Positions 47,836 through 55,132 of a stretch of DNA of 64,000 nt are shown here, one piece after another (position 1 is the first letter of the stretch; every line of letters starts with the position of its first letter). The notes under the pieces were generated by a model, which ran no database searches, had not been told where the DNA came from, and saw only the letters and a program-made list of their open reading frames with translations. The DNA comes from a virus (taxonomy: Duplodnaviria; Caudoviricetes): the IMG/VR virus record IMGVR_UViG_3300049573_000219, positions 123,034 through 187,033 of that record; one strand, 5' to 3'. The position numbers were made by a program, and so were the translations under genes.

Positions 47836-47998
47836 CGAGAATCACCTTTCCGGCGTCGGCGAGCTTCGAGCGCAGATACAGAACCGCACCCTGTTGCGCC
47901 ATCGCGTCGTCCGTCGTGTGAGGAGTCTCTGACTCCGCTTCCGCGATGAGTTCACGTATCACGCGAACCCTCTCGTGGTCGTAATTCCTGTCAGCCAC
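47825..47998 (-). CDS. Hypothetical protein
   Basis: AAGGA RBS. Confidence 0.5.
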   Translation of the reverse strand: MADRNYDHERVRVIRELIAEAESETPHTTDDAMAQQGAVLYLRSKLADAGKVILDGD

Positions 47999-48023
47999 GG
48001 TCTTCCTTTCTCTGGGTCTTCGG

Positions 48024-48224
48024 TCACTGAATGGACCGGACCACGGTCCCGACTCCGCCCAGAAGCATCTTTCCGGTTTCGGTTCCGGCAAGGAGGAGGC
48101 CGAAGACCAGCACGATGGCGACCGTCAGCAACTCGTCGTTCCTGCTGCGCGCCTCGGTTCTGCGGCGCAGCCTGATGAAGATGACGACCGCCAGAAGGAC
48201 GGCCAGATCGATCGTGACGTTCAC
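48024..48224 (-). CDS. Small two-TM protein
   Basis: 66 aa, two hydrophobic helices, AGGAGG RBS. Confidence 0.65.
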   Translation of the reverse strand: MNVTIDLAVLLAVVIFIRLRRRTEARSRNDELLTVAIVLVFGLLLAGTETGKMLLGGVGTVVRSIQ

Positions 48225-48239
48225 GCCTCCTCCTTGAGG

Positions 48240-48467
48240 CTACCGACGGAAGATCACCTTCACCCAGGCGGGAGACAGGCAGTGAGACGGGTGGTTGAAT
48301 CCGATGCCGCAGCAGGAGCACAGGCGGACCCCGATGAACCAGTGGGGAACCTGCGCCAGGCGCGAGTCGGCCGACTCACGGTGCGCCGACTCGGGCTGAC
48401 CGCAGTTCGGGAAGAGGCAGCGCGCCTCCCCACGGAAGACGTGATCGGCGATGAGGGTCAGTGCCAC
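48240..48467 (-). CDS. Small Cys/His-rich protein
   Basis: C..CG...H motifs. Confidence 0.5.
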   Translation of the reverse strand: MALTLIADHVFRGEARCLFPNCGQPESAHRESADSRLAQVPHWFIGVRLCSCCGIGFNHPSHCLSPAWVKVIFRR

Positions 48468-48952
48468 CTGCGTCGCACCTCCTCGATCAGGTGGAACGTC
48501 TCGGGCGAGGACATCATCTGGTGGGCGTGCGCCACGCAGCGCTCCAGGGTCTCCGTCTTCGACCCCTTGACGACCGCGATGAGGAACGGAGCCGCGAGCC
48601 CGCACGGGCCGAGTTCCGCGTCACCGAATGCGCCGGTCAGCGCAGCCTTGCACTGGCCTCCGGCGTTCGGCCGGACCGGCACCCACTCGGTGACGAACTT
48701 CGGCCGAGGCCGCACCTCGACCGCCTGCACGTCGAGATCGCCACCCCAGGTCTCCACGTGGACCTCGGAGGTGTTGGGCTCCAGGTACGAGGTCTTCCAG
48801 TGGCGTCCCTCGTCCGTGAAGACGACGGACCACAAGGAGCCGTACTCCTGGTGCTCGACGAACTCGCGGTGCACGACCAGCTTGCTCATGCCCTCGACGG
48901 CGATGTGGTGGCGCTCAAGCCACTCGACCGGGAAGGTGCGCGTCTCGCTCAC
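48458..48952 (-). CDS. Hypothetical protein
   Basis: 164 aa, coupled. Confidence 0.6.
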   Translation of the reverse strand: MSETRTFPVEWLERHHIAVEGMSKLVVHREFVEHQEYGSLWSVVFTDEGRHWKTSYLEPNTSEVHVETWGGDLDVQAVEVRPRPKFVTEWVPVRPNAGGQCKAALTGAFGDAELGPCGLAAPFLIAVVKGSKTETLERCVAHAHQMMSSPETFHLIEEVRRRWH

Positions 48953-49188
48953 TCGCCCTTCCCCTTCGCCGCCTCGTCCACGGCCAGCACGGCGCGGTTG
49001 ACGGTCCTGCGCACGGCGCCGACCTTCATGCCGCCGATGCCCGCTGCGGTCAGGATGCCGGTGGTGGCGACGCCGACGGCCGGGTCACCGGTTACCGCAG
49101 CGGCGACAACGCCGAGCGCACCGGAGACGGCCAGGGTTGCGGCATCATGCGCCACCAGGTGGTCGTCGATGTCCTCGATTCGCTTCAC
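48949..49188 (-). CDS. Small hydrophobic Gly/Ala-rich protein
   Basis: 79 aa, coupled. Confidence 0.6.
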   Translation of the reverse strand: MKRIEDIDDHLVAHDAATLAVSGALGVVAAAVTGDPAVGVATTGILTAAGIGGMKVGAVRRTVNRAVLAVDEAAKGKGE

Positions 49189-49376
49189 GTGTCTTCTCTC
49201 TTTCCGTTGGCGACCTTGTCGATCGCCTCGTGCAGTACGGGGAATCTGGTGTAGAGGATCAGGTAGGCCATCGTGTAGAGCACAAAGGCAAGGGCTCCGA
49301 ACAGGAAGGCGAGCACGAAGGCGACGCCCAGGCTCGACAGCAGCGCGACAGCCAGATATCGGCGCTGCCCCTTCAT
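49185..49376 (-). CDS. Small membrane protein
   Basis: Long hydrophobic stretch. Confidence 0.55.
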   Translation of the reverse strand: MKGQRRYLAVALLSSLGVAFVLAFLFGALAFVLYTMAYLILYTRFPVLHEAIDKVANGKREDT

Positions 49377-49524
49377 CGCCTGATCCAGGAGTCCTGGGGC
49401 AGCGATGCGAGGATCATCATGCACGCCGTGATCCAGATGGCCGCAGCGAGCAGACCCATCTCCTCGTTCAGTACGAGCCCGGGGCCGAGGACGACAAGTA
49501 TCCTGGCCAGGTAGGCACCCACCT

Positions 49525-49833
49525 TCAACTCTCCTCCGTTTCGAACAGGGCAGCTTGGTCCTGGTGGCCGCCCGGCGGCTTTCCGCCGTTGTCCACCAGC
49601 GCCCAGTGGGCAGCCGGGTCACTCAGATCGAGACGGTGCGCGAGCCATTCGCGCAGGAGAGGGAGCTGGTCGGCGCCCCATGCCGGGTTCTCCTGGCGCG
49701 GCCTGTCCCCGTAGCGGACCGATGCGATGGGCATCGGGAAGGCCGCTGTCGGGCGGTCGGCCCAGTTGATGACGGTCGACTTGGTGACGCCGAGGTGCTT
49801 CGCGACGTAGACCGGGTCGTAGAGGGTCTGCAC
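49525..49833 (-). CDS. HTH DNA-binding protein (AlpA/excisionase-like)
   Basis: VAKHLGVTKSTVINW...FPMP; operator GGCCTAGGCC at 49848-49857 next to the RBS. Confidence 0.7.
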   Translation of the reverse strand: MQTLYDPVYVAKHLGVTKSTVINWADRPTAAFPMPIASVRYGDRPRQENPAWGADQLPLLREWLAHRLDLSDPAAHWALVDNGGKPPGGHQDQAALFETEES

Positions 49834-49883
49834 GTGCTTCTCCTTTCGGCCTAGGCCAGCTTACCACGAAGCTGGCCCCAACT

Positions 49884-50282
49884 TCACTGAACGCCAGAAG
49901 ACTTGAGGAGCGCGTCCTCCAGGACGGCGATCACGTCGCGCAGCGTCTCGGTGGAGTACGGGCTGAGGCCGTCCTTGCCGGGACCGGCCATGCGCGCCTC
50001 GATGCCGAGGTCGCGGAGTCTCGCCTTCGCCATCGCCCGCACCTGCTCCTGGGCTACTTCGGTCTTCGTCTTGAAGTAGCTGTGGTAGGCACCCTGCTGC
50101 GAGGAGCGGTCCTCCTTGCCGTACGGCACCGGCTTGAAGCCGTAGGGCGACTCGATGAAGACGCGCTTGGTGCCGATGTCCGTGATCGTCAGTTCGCGCT
50201 GGCTGTTGCCGTCGAAGACGACAACCTTGCTTCCGACCCGGAGTACTTCGCCCCCGGTCTCGAAGGTTCGTTCCTTCGCCAT
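49884..50282 (-). CDS. Hypothetical protein (beta-barrel-like N-terminus)
   Basis: LRVGSKVVV...ITDIGTKRVFI. Confidence 0.6.
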   Translation of the reverse strand: MAKERTFETGGEVLRVGSKVVVFDGNSQRELTITDIGTKRVFIESPYGFKPVPYGKEDRSSQQGAYHSYFKTKTEVAQEQVRAMAKARLRDLGIEARMAGPGKDGLSPYSTETLRDVIAVLEDALLKSSGVQ

Positions 50283-50346
50283 GCCTATTCTCCGCCTTTC
50301 CTCAACTAATCCAATCTTAGCGGAAGTTGAGGCGCCGGGAAACACG

Positions 50347-50375
50347 ATGACCCCCTCCAGACGGGAGGGGGTCAT
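50347..50375 (-). terminator. Hairpin after the Ro60 gene
   Basis: ATGACCCCCTCC-N5-GGAGGGGGTCAT. Confidence 0.6.
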
Positions 50376-50385
50376 GTGCCTTACG

Positions 50386-52050
50386 TCACTGCATCCACGG
50401 CCACGGCGCGTTCTTGCCGCGCTCCAGCAGGTCGATCAGGGAGAACGACGCATCCGACAGGCCGCCGAAGCAGTGCCGGTTCGTGCCGCCGGTCTCCAGG
50501 ATCGAGGCCGAGTAGCCCGCCATGTTCCACAGGTAAACCGGGACCGTCTTCGGGATCAGGTCGTCGATCTTCGTCTCGGGCATCCCCCCGTTGCGGCCCA
50601 TGTTCGACGGCAGCATGCCCGGCTGGGACTGCTCGTCGGTCACGATGACCACGCGGGTGTAGTCGGCCGTGAAGTTGTCCTTCACGGCACGCGGGATGTC
50701 CGTGCCACTGATCGGCTCGCCGAAGCTCTCGACCACCTTCAGGACGCTGGCGCCGCGCGGGACGTTGACCCGGCGCGACCCCGGGGCGTTGCGGTCCCAG
50801 CCGTTCCACGACCAGCCGGTGCTGCCACCGAACTCGACCAGCGTCGCATCCTGCGCCTTCACCGCCAGGCACGCCCCGAAGAGCGCAGCCTGGTCGGCCA
50901 GGGTGATGTCCCCCTTGTGCGGGGTGGACCCCTGGTACCCCGGGAACATGCTCGGCGAGCGGTCCACGAGGATGAGCGTCTTGCCGCGCAGGGCCGGGAC
51001 CAGCTCCAGCGAAGCAGCCAGGCCACGCTCCAGGGTGTGCCCCCAGCGCAGCGACGGGGCCGCGCGGTAGGCCGCCAGGAAGCGGTACGGGAAGAGCCGG
51101 GCCTTGCGGATGCGCTCGCCGTCCGTCAGGACCCTGGACACCTCGTCGGCCACGGAGTCAGAGATGCCGACCTCGTCGAAGTTGCGCAGGTTCCTGATCA
51201 GGGCGCCGGGCGCCATGGCCGGAACGACCGACTCCCACACCATCTTCTTGTCGAGCCGCCCGCCCAGCTCCGACAGCACGTCCTCCCAGGTCAGACCCGC
51301 CGCACGAATGAACTTGCGGTCGAGCAGACGACGGTCGGACGGGTTGGACTGGGCGAGGGCACGCCACTCCTTCAGCGCGCCGATCATCGTCATGTTCTCG
51401 GTGACGGTCCCCGTCCTGCCGTGGCGGCGGTCGAGGATGTACCGGAACAGGTCGGACTGCGCGACGTCCTTCGGGGCCGGGTGCACGATGTCGATCACGT
51501 CGGCGAACCGGTAGGCCCGCTTGGCGGAGTCCCACTTGCCGTACGAGTACTCGCTGTAGAGCCTCTGGACGGCGCGCTTGAGCCCGCGCTTGACCACCTG
51601 GTAGCGCTTCGGCCACGCCTTGCCCGCGATCGAGAACCAGTAGGCCAGGAACTCGCCCGGCTCGTCGGCGCGCTGGAGGGCGCCGTCGATCATGTCCTCG
51701 ACATGGTCGTAGCGGTGCTGGTCGCAGAGTGCCTTCGCCGCCTCGGCCGCACCGAGCACGGAGGCCGTGCGCATGTAGCCGTCGGTGCGCAGCCACGGGA
51801 GCATGTGCGTGACGTGGTACTGCTCCAGGAGCGCGGTGCCCCTGAGCAGGTCGACGTAGCGCTCGTTGCGCGGGTCGGCCGCCTCGTGGAACATCTCCGT
51901 CGTGACGAGGTTCGACACCGACAGCAGGTAGAGGTCCGACAGCGGGTTGCGGCCGAAGCCGGAAGCGCCGAGCGCCGTGGTGGCCGGTCCGGTGGCGGTG
52001 ACCGGGGAGGTCGTGCGCGGCCGGACGGAGCGCTTGTTGTACGTGGCCAT
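50386..52050 (-). CDS. rsr: Ro60/TROVE-domain RNA-binding protein with vWA domain
   Basis: LQRADEPGE, DVIDIVHP, TWE, ALIRNLRN, RLFPYRFL; vWA MIDAS DRSPSM, GTD, VTDEQ. Confidence 0.95.
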   Translation of the reverse strand: MATYNKRSVRPRTTSPVTATGPATTALGASGFGRNPLSDLYLLSVSNLVTTEMFHEAADPRNERYVDLLRGTALLEQYHVTHMLPWLRTDGYMRTASVLGAAEAAKALCDQHRYDHVEDMIDGALQRADEPGEFLAYWFSIAGKAWPKRYQVVKRGLKRAVQRLYSEYSYGKWDSAKRAYRFADVIDIVHPAPKDVAQSDLFRYILDRRHGRTGTVTENMTMIGALKEWRALAQSNPSDRRLLDRKFIRAAGLTWEDVLSELGGRLDKKMVWESVVPAMAPGALIRNLRNFDEVGISDSVADEVSRVLTDGERIRKARLFPYRFLAAYRAAPSLRWGHTLERGLAASLELVPALRGKTLILVDRSPSMFPGYQGSTPHKGDITLADQAALFGACLAVKAQDATLVEFGGSTGWSWNGWDRNAPGSRRVNVPRGASVLKVVESFGEPISGTDIPRAVKDNFTADYTRVVIVTDEQSQPGMLPSNMGRNGGMPETKIDDLIPKTVPVYLWNMAGYSASILETGGTNRHCFGGLSDASFSLIDLLERGKNAPWPWMQ

Positions 52051-52069
52051 GATCTTTCCTTCCCTGTGC

Positions 52070-52822
52070 TTACTTGATGCCGAGGGTCCGGCGGTAGTCC
52101 TGGAAACGCGCCTTGGCGATGCGGCTGCGGTCGGGCGAGCGAAGAACGATGCCCTCCGCAGGTCCCTGTTCGGTCAGGCCGCAGCGCGTACGCGGTGCCT
52201 TCCGGGTCAGCCAGTCGAGGGTGTTCTCGTGCCCGGTGGGCAGGTCCGTGGAGTGGCAGCGGCCGACCTCCGGGACCATCTCGACGCCCTCCAGGCCGCC
52301 CGTGAGCGCCTTCACCTGGTCCCACGGCATCCACTTCTGGCCGCCGTTCTTCCTCCAGACCGACGCCGCCTCGGGCTCGGTCAGGAAGATCTCCGGCGCG
52401 ACGTGAGCGATGTCGAAGATCCTGAAGCCGGTGGCGCCGGACTTCGAGTAGTTCTTCGCACTGCCGCCGATCTTGCCGCCGTAGACCTCCATGAAGTAGA
52501 CCCGGACGCTCTCGAACGGCGCCGGAAGGCGTTCCGGCAGGTCGCCGAGTGCTTCGACGACCCCCTGGAACTTGTTGGCAACCCGGTCGCCCTGAGCCGT
52601 CAGGAGGTCTTCCCGGGAGCCGATCAGCCAGTCGCCGCCGGGCTCCTTCACGACGCGGATGTTGGTGCCGTCGACCTTCTCGGAGAAGATCACCTCGCCG
52701 TCGAACTCGGTCACCTCGTCCGTGAGGCGCCCGCGCTCGCCCAGAGCGTGATAGGTCAGGATCTCCGGATACTTCGTCGCCGTGTTGATCGTCGGCAGAA
52801 GTTCCTTCATCAGCAGCGTCAC
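52070..52822 (-). CDS. RNA ligase (Rnl2-type nucleotidyltransferase)
   Basis: Motif I EKVDGTN, EVYG, FRIFDI, EGIVLR, IAK; GTG start after AGAGGAG. Confidence 0.88.
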   Translation of the reverse strand: MTLLMKELLPTINTATKYPEILTYHALGERGRLTDEVTEFDGEVIFSEKVDGTNIRVVKEPGGDWLIGSREDLLTAQGDRVANKFQGVVEALGDLPERLPAPFESVRVYFMEVYGGKIGGSAKNYSKSGATGFRIFDIAHVAPEIFLTEPEAASVWRKNGGQKWMPWDQVKALTGGLEGVEMVPEVGRCHSTDLPTGHENTLDWLTRKAPRTRCGLTEQGPAEGIVLRSPDRSRIAKARFQDYRRTLGIK

Positions 52823-52849
52823 GACTTCTCTCCTCTTTCCGGAAAATGC

Positions 52850-52881
52850 AAAACCCCCTGTCCCGAAATGGGAGCAGGGGG
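52850..52881 (-). terminator. Intrinsic terminator between the Y-RNA array and the ligase gene
   Basis: CCCCCUG/CAGGGGG stem followed by UUUUGCAUUUU on the minus strand. Confidence 0.65.
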
Positions 52882-52891
52882 CGCATGTCAA

Positions 52892-53073
52892 TGTGTGGAT
52901 GGGGTGCCCGGCCAACAGATAGGCCCCGGTGGCTCTTGCGAGCCTTCCTCGACCGACGCTCTGCCAATTGAGCTACCCACGAGAAGCCTCGCAGGTCAGG
53001 ACTCGAACCTGAAACATTCGGTTCCACTGTGAAGTAACCGTTGCCAAGACGCTCCGGGCACCTCACCCACACA
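52892..53073 (-). ncRNA. yrlA: YrlA-type Y RNA with permuted tRNA-like module
   Basis: About 20-bp terminal stem; T arm UCAGG-UUCGAGU-CCUGA precedes a closed acceptor-like stem, then UA and D arm GCUC-AAUUGGCA-GAGC; upstream of Ro60. Confidence 0.85.
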
Positions 53074-53081
53074 CTGAGCTA

Positions 53082-53240
53082 ACGGAAGGAACAGAGGGCC
53101 ACCGGCCAACAAGATGAGCCCCGGGGCGCCCGTTATGCCATGTGTCGGCGTCGGCGGGATTCGAACCCGCCCTCGTTCCTTTTTTGCAGAAAGAAGTAAC
53201 CGTTGCTCTGAACGCTCCGGTGACCTTCTGTTCCTTCCGT
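53082..53240 (-). ncRNA. Y-RNA-like RNA with T arm only
   Basis: About 24-bp terminal stem, shared CCGGAGCG...AACGGUUACUUC...UUGGCCGG core, T arm GCGGG-UUCGAAU-CCCGC. Confidence 0.75.
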
Positions 53241-53242
53241 CA

Positions 53243-53322
53243 TGCGCCCCGGCCAACTAAGTGACGCCCGGCTTGCTCTTCGCCAGATGAAGTAACCGTT
53301 CGTCTGAACGCTCCGGGGTGCA
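53243..53322 (-). ncRNA. Minimal Y-RNA-like RNA (no tRNA module)
   Basis: 80 nt with the same core; its 5' end coincides with the predicted TSS. Confidence 0.7.
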
Positions 53323-53328
53323 GATAAA

Positions 53329-53358
53329 ACATTACGCGATCCTGCGAGGGGATCGCAA
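53329..53358 (-). promoter_or_regulatory. Promoter of the Y-RNA array
   Basis: TTGCGA-N18-TAATGT, 6 nt before the first RNA; overlapped by inverted repeat GCGATCC/GGATCGC. Confidence 0.65.
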
Positions 53359-53363
53359 GGGGA

Positions 53364-53852
53364 TTACTGGTCCGGTGCCAGGATCCACGTCGCGCGCCCC
53401 TGGGTGGGCTCCATCCCGAGAGCCCGCAGCGCGTTGTGCAGGTAGCCGTCGTCGGGGAAGTCCACGCCAGGCGTGTGCAGGTTGGGATTCCACTCGAAGT
53501 TCGGCGTGATGGGCGACGGGGACCAGTCACTGGCGCGGTAGACCGAGCCGGTGAGCGCGAGCCCGTAGAACAGGGTGTTGTAGTGCCCGAACGTGATGAT
53601 CTCCATCGAGCACCGGTCCTTCATCAGGGCCTCGGCGTTCTCGCTGGTGATCTCGCCTGCGGGCACCTCGTCGGCCAGCAGGACGGCGCGACGCATGTGG
53701 TACTCGTATCCGTCACCGTCGTCGTCGGCCTCCATGTCGGCCTCCGCCTGGACGAGCCAGTCCGGCTCGAACTCCTCCTCGTTGCGGATGGCCCACCCCG
53801 TGTCGTCGGGGGCGCCGAGGCTGTAGCCGTAGAACAGGACCGCTGCCGACAT
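53364..53852 (-). CDS. Hypothetical acidic protein
   Basis: LFYGYSLG start, 162 aa. Confidence 0.65.
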   Translation of the reverse strand: MSAAVLFYGYSLGAPDDTGWAIRNEEEFEPDWLVQAEADMEADDDGDGYEYHMRRAVLLADEVPAGEITSENAEALMKDRCSMEIITFGHYNTLFYGLALTGSVYRASDWSPSPITPNFEWNPNLHTPGVDFPDDGYLHNALRALGMEPTQGRATWILAPDQ

Positions 53853-53907
53853 GTCGACATGTCTCCTTGCTCGGGAGGGGCCCCGGAGGGCCCCTCGGAG
53901 GGTGACG

Positions 53908-54105
53908 TCAGGGTGTCGAGGTGTTGCCCGCAGCGGAGCCGTTCTCGGCGCGCACGGTCTCGGCGATGACCTCCGACAGCGGGGTGCCGCTGTCGCGCGC
54001 CACCTGGACGCACTGCTCGGCCACCCGCCGGGCGGTGGAGTTGTCGAGCCCGGGGTGGGCCGCCTTCACCTGCTCGGTCTCGCGGTTGTACTTGGGCCTG
54101 TTCAC
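53908..54105 (-). CDS. Hypothetical protein
   Basis: GGGAG RBS. Confidence 0.55.
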   Translation of the reverse strand: MNRPKYNRETEQVKAAHPGLDNSTARRVAEQCVQVARDSGTPLSEVIAETVRAENGSAAGNTSTP

Positions 54106-54120
54106 GTACGTCTTCTCCCT

Positions 54121-54312
54121 TCAGCGTCTGCGGACCGGCCTGGCCCACTGCTCGGGCGGCACTCCGCTCGTCTCCGCCTTCGGGCGGTCGGGGACCTCGA
54201 CCCGCTTGAAGGGCTGCGATCCGTAGTTGCCGATCGCGTGCCCCTGGGTCGCCGTCGGCCCGGAGTCCACCAGGTCGGATGCGGCGTCCAGCTCGTCTCC
54301 GAGATCACGCAT
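54121..54312 (-). CDS. Hypothetical protein
   Basis: GGAGGAG RBS. Confidence 0.5.
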   Translation of the reverse strand: MRDLGDELDAASDLVDSGPTATQGHAIGNYGSQPFKRVEVPDRPKAETSGVPPEQWARPVRRR

Positions 54313-54446
54313 AGGCGTGCTCCTCCCAAGCGAGCATGATCTTCTGCTCGCGGTAGTCGTCCAGTTCACGCTGGGAGAGGAAGGTGATTCCGTCCTCCAC
54401 CAGAACCCCGACCTTCGGGGCCTTCTCCTGTTCCGATTCGTTCACG

Positions 54447-54564
54447 TATGCACAGCGGGATTCGAACCCGCGAGCCGCCTGGATTCTCCAGATCCAGTCG
54501 GCCGCCTGCCTCCTCCGCTGGGACGGATTCAGCAGGCCCCCTTTGACCACTCGGGCATGTGCAC
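54447..54564 (-). ncRNA. Class-II tRNA-like RNA with 24-nt structured anticodon region and long variable arm
   Basis: Acceptor GUGCACA/UGUGCAU+A, D arm CCCGAGUGGUCAAAGGG, T arm GCGGG-UUCGAAU-CCCGC; no 7-nt anticodon loop. Confidence 0.75.
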
Positions 54565-54666
54565 CGCCGGGCTGATCGACCCGGCCCAGGTTCCGCTTGC
54601 AGAGGTCATGCGCCCATACGGGTCGTCTACACGGAACCAGAGGCTCTTCTTCCTCCTCTGCCTCAG

Positions 54667-54751
54667 AGTCCACGACGGGATTCGAACCCGCGTCTCCCCT
54701 CGCTGGCTTGACCCAGTAGAGGGGTGTGCTCGGCCGCTGCACTACGTGGAC
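54667..54751 (-). ncRNA. Class-I tRNA-like RNA with extended anticodon hairpin
   Basis: Acceptor GUCCACG/CGUGGAC, D arm GUGC/GCAC, T arm GCGGG-UUCGAAU-CCCGU; 19 nt between the anticodon-stem strands. Confidence 0.75.
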
Positions 54752-54905
54752 AGCCCGGCTTCCTCAAGGCCGGGCGGGCGGACTTCCGTCGCCGGGTAGC
54801 CAGCCCGGCTGTGCCTGTGACGGAAGCCCTCAGTGGCACGTCACCCCGTCACCGGCTTTCCCAGCAGGGGACGGGGGGATTGCGGTCACCATTTTGGTGA
54901 CCTTG

Positions 54906-54980
54906 TTGGCGGAGAGGGACTTGAACCCCCGGCCTCTTCCTTATCAGGGAAGCGCTCTGACCGAACTGAGCTACCCGCCA
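54906..54980 (-). tRNA. tRNA-Ile(GAU), CCA not encoded
   Basis: Full cloverleaf; anticodon arm CUUCC-CUGAUAA-GGAAG; U1-A72, A73. Confidence 0.9.
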
Positions 54981-55092
54981 GCGATCCAGCCGGAGGCAGG
55001 TCGGATCTACCTCCGGAGGATCGGTACATCGAGCCGGGCCGTAACCGGCTCGATGTGTTTCGTTCGGGCGTCGGATTCCCGAACTAAGTGAA

Positions 55093-55122
55093 ACTCTACC
55101 GGACGTTGCTGGCCTAGGTCAA
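55093..55122 (-). promoter_or_regulatory. Promoter of the tRNA/ncRNA cluster with overlapping operator
   Basis: TTGACC-N18-TAGAGT; GGCCTAGGTC at 55111-55120 overlaps the -35. Confidence 0.75.
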
Positions 55123-55132
55123 GACTCGCACG

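Noticed and set aside
52892-53322. CRISPR array (three GAAGTAACCGTT...ACGCTCCGG repeats)
   Set aside because: Spacing is irregular, each unit folds as a closed stem with tRNA-like arms, no cas operon is present, and the locus is next to Ro60; better explained as Y RNAs.
54305-54742. 145-aa ORF across the tRNA-like elements
   Set aside because: Overlaps two clear tRNA-like folds; at most the last 30-46 codons may be a real small gene.
54447-54751. Simple intron-containing tRNAs
   Set aside because: No excision I tried gives a 7-nt loop whose anticodon agrees with purine-37, the discriminator base and the arm class; the inserts (17 and 12 nt) are too short for self-splicing introns. Not fully excluded without RNA data.
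54775-54905. Cobalamin riboswitch or HDV-like ribozyme
   Set aside because: GGGAA..CCGGUG and GCCACUG words occur, but the remaining B12-element architecture is missing; no P3/L3 could be placed for an HDV fold.
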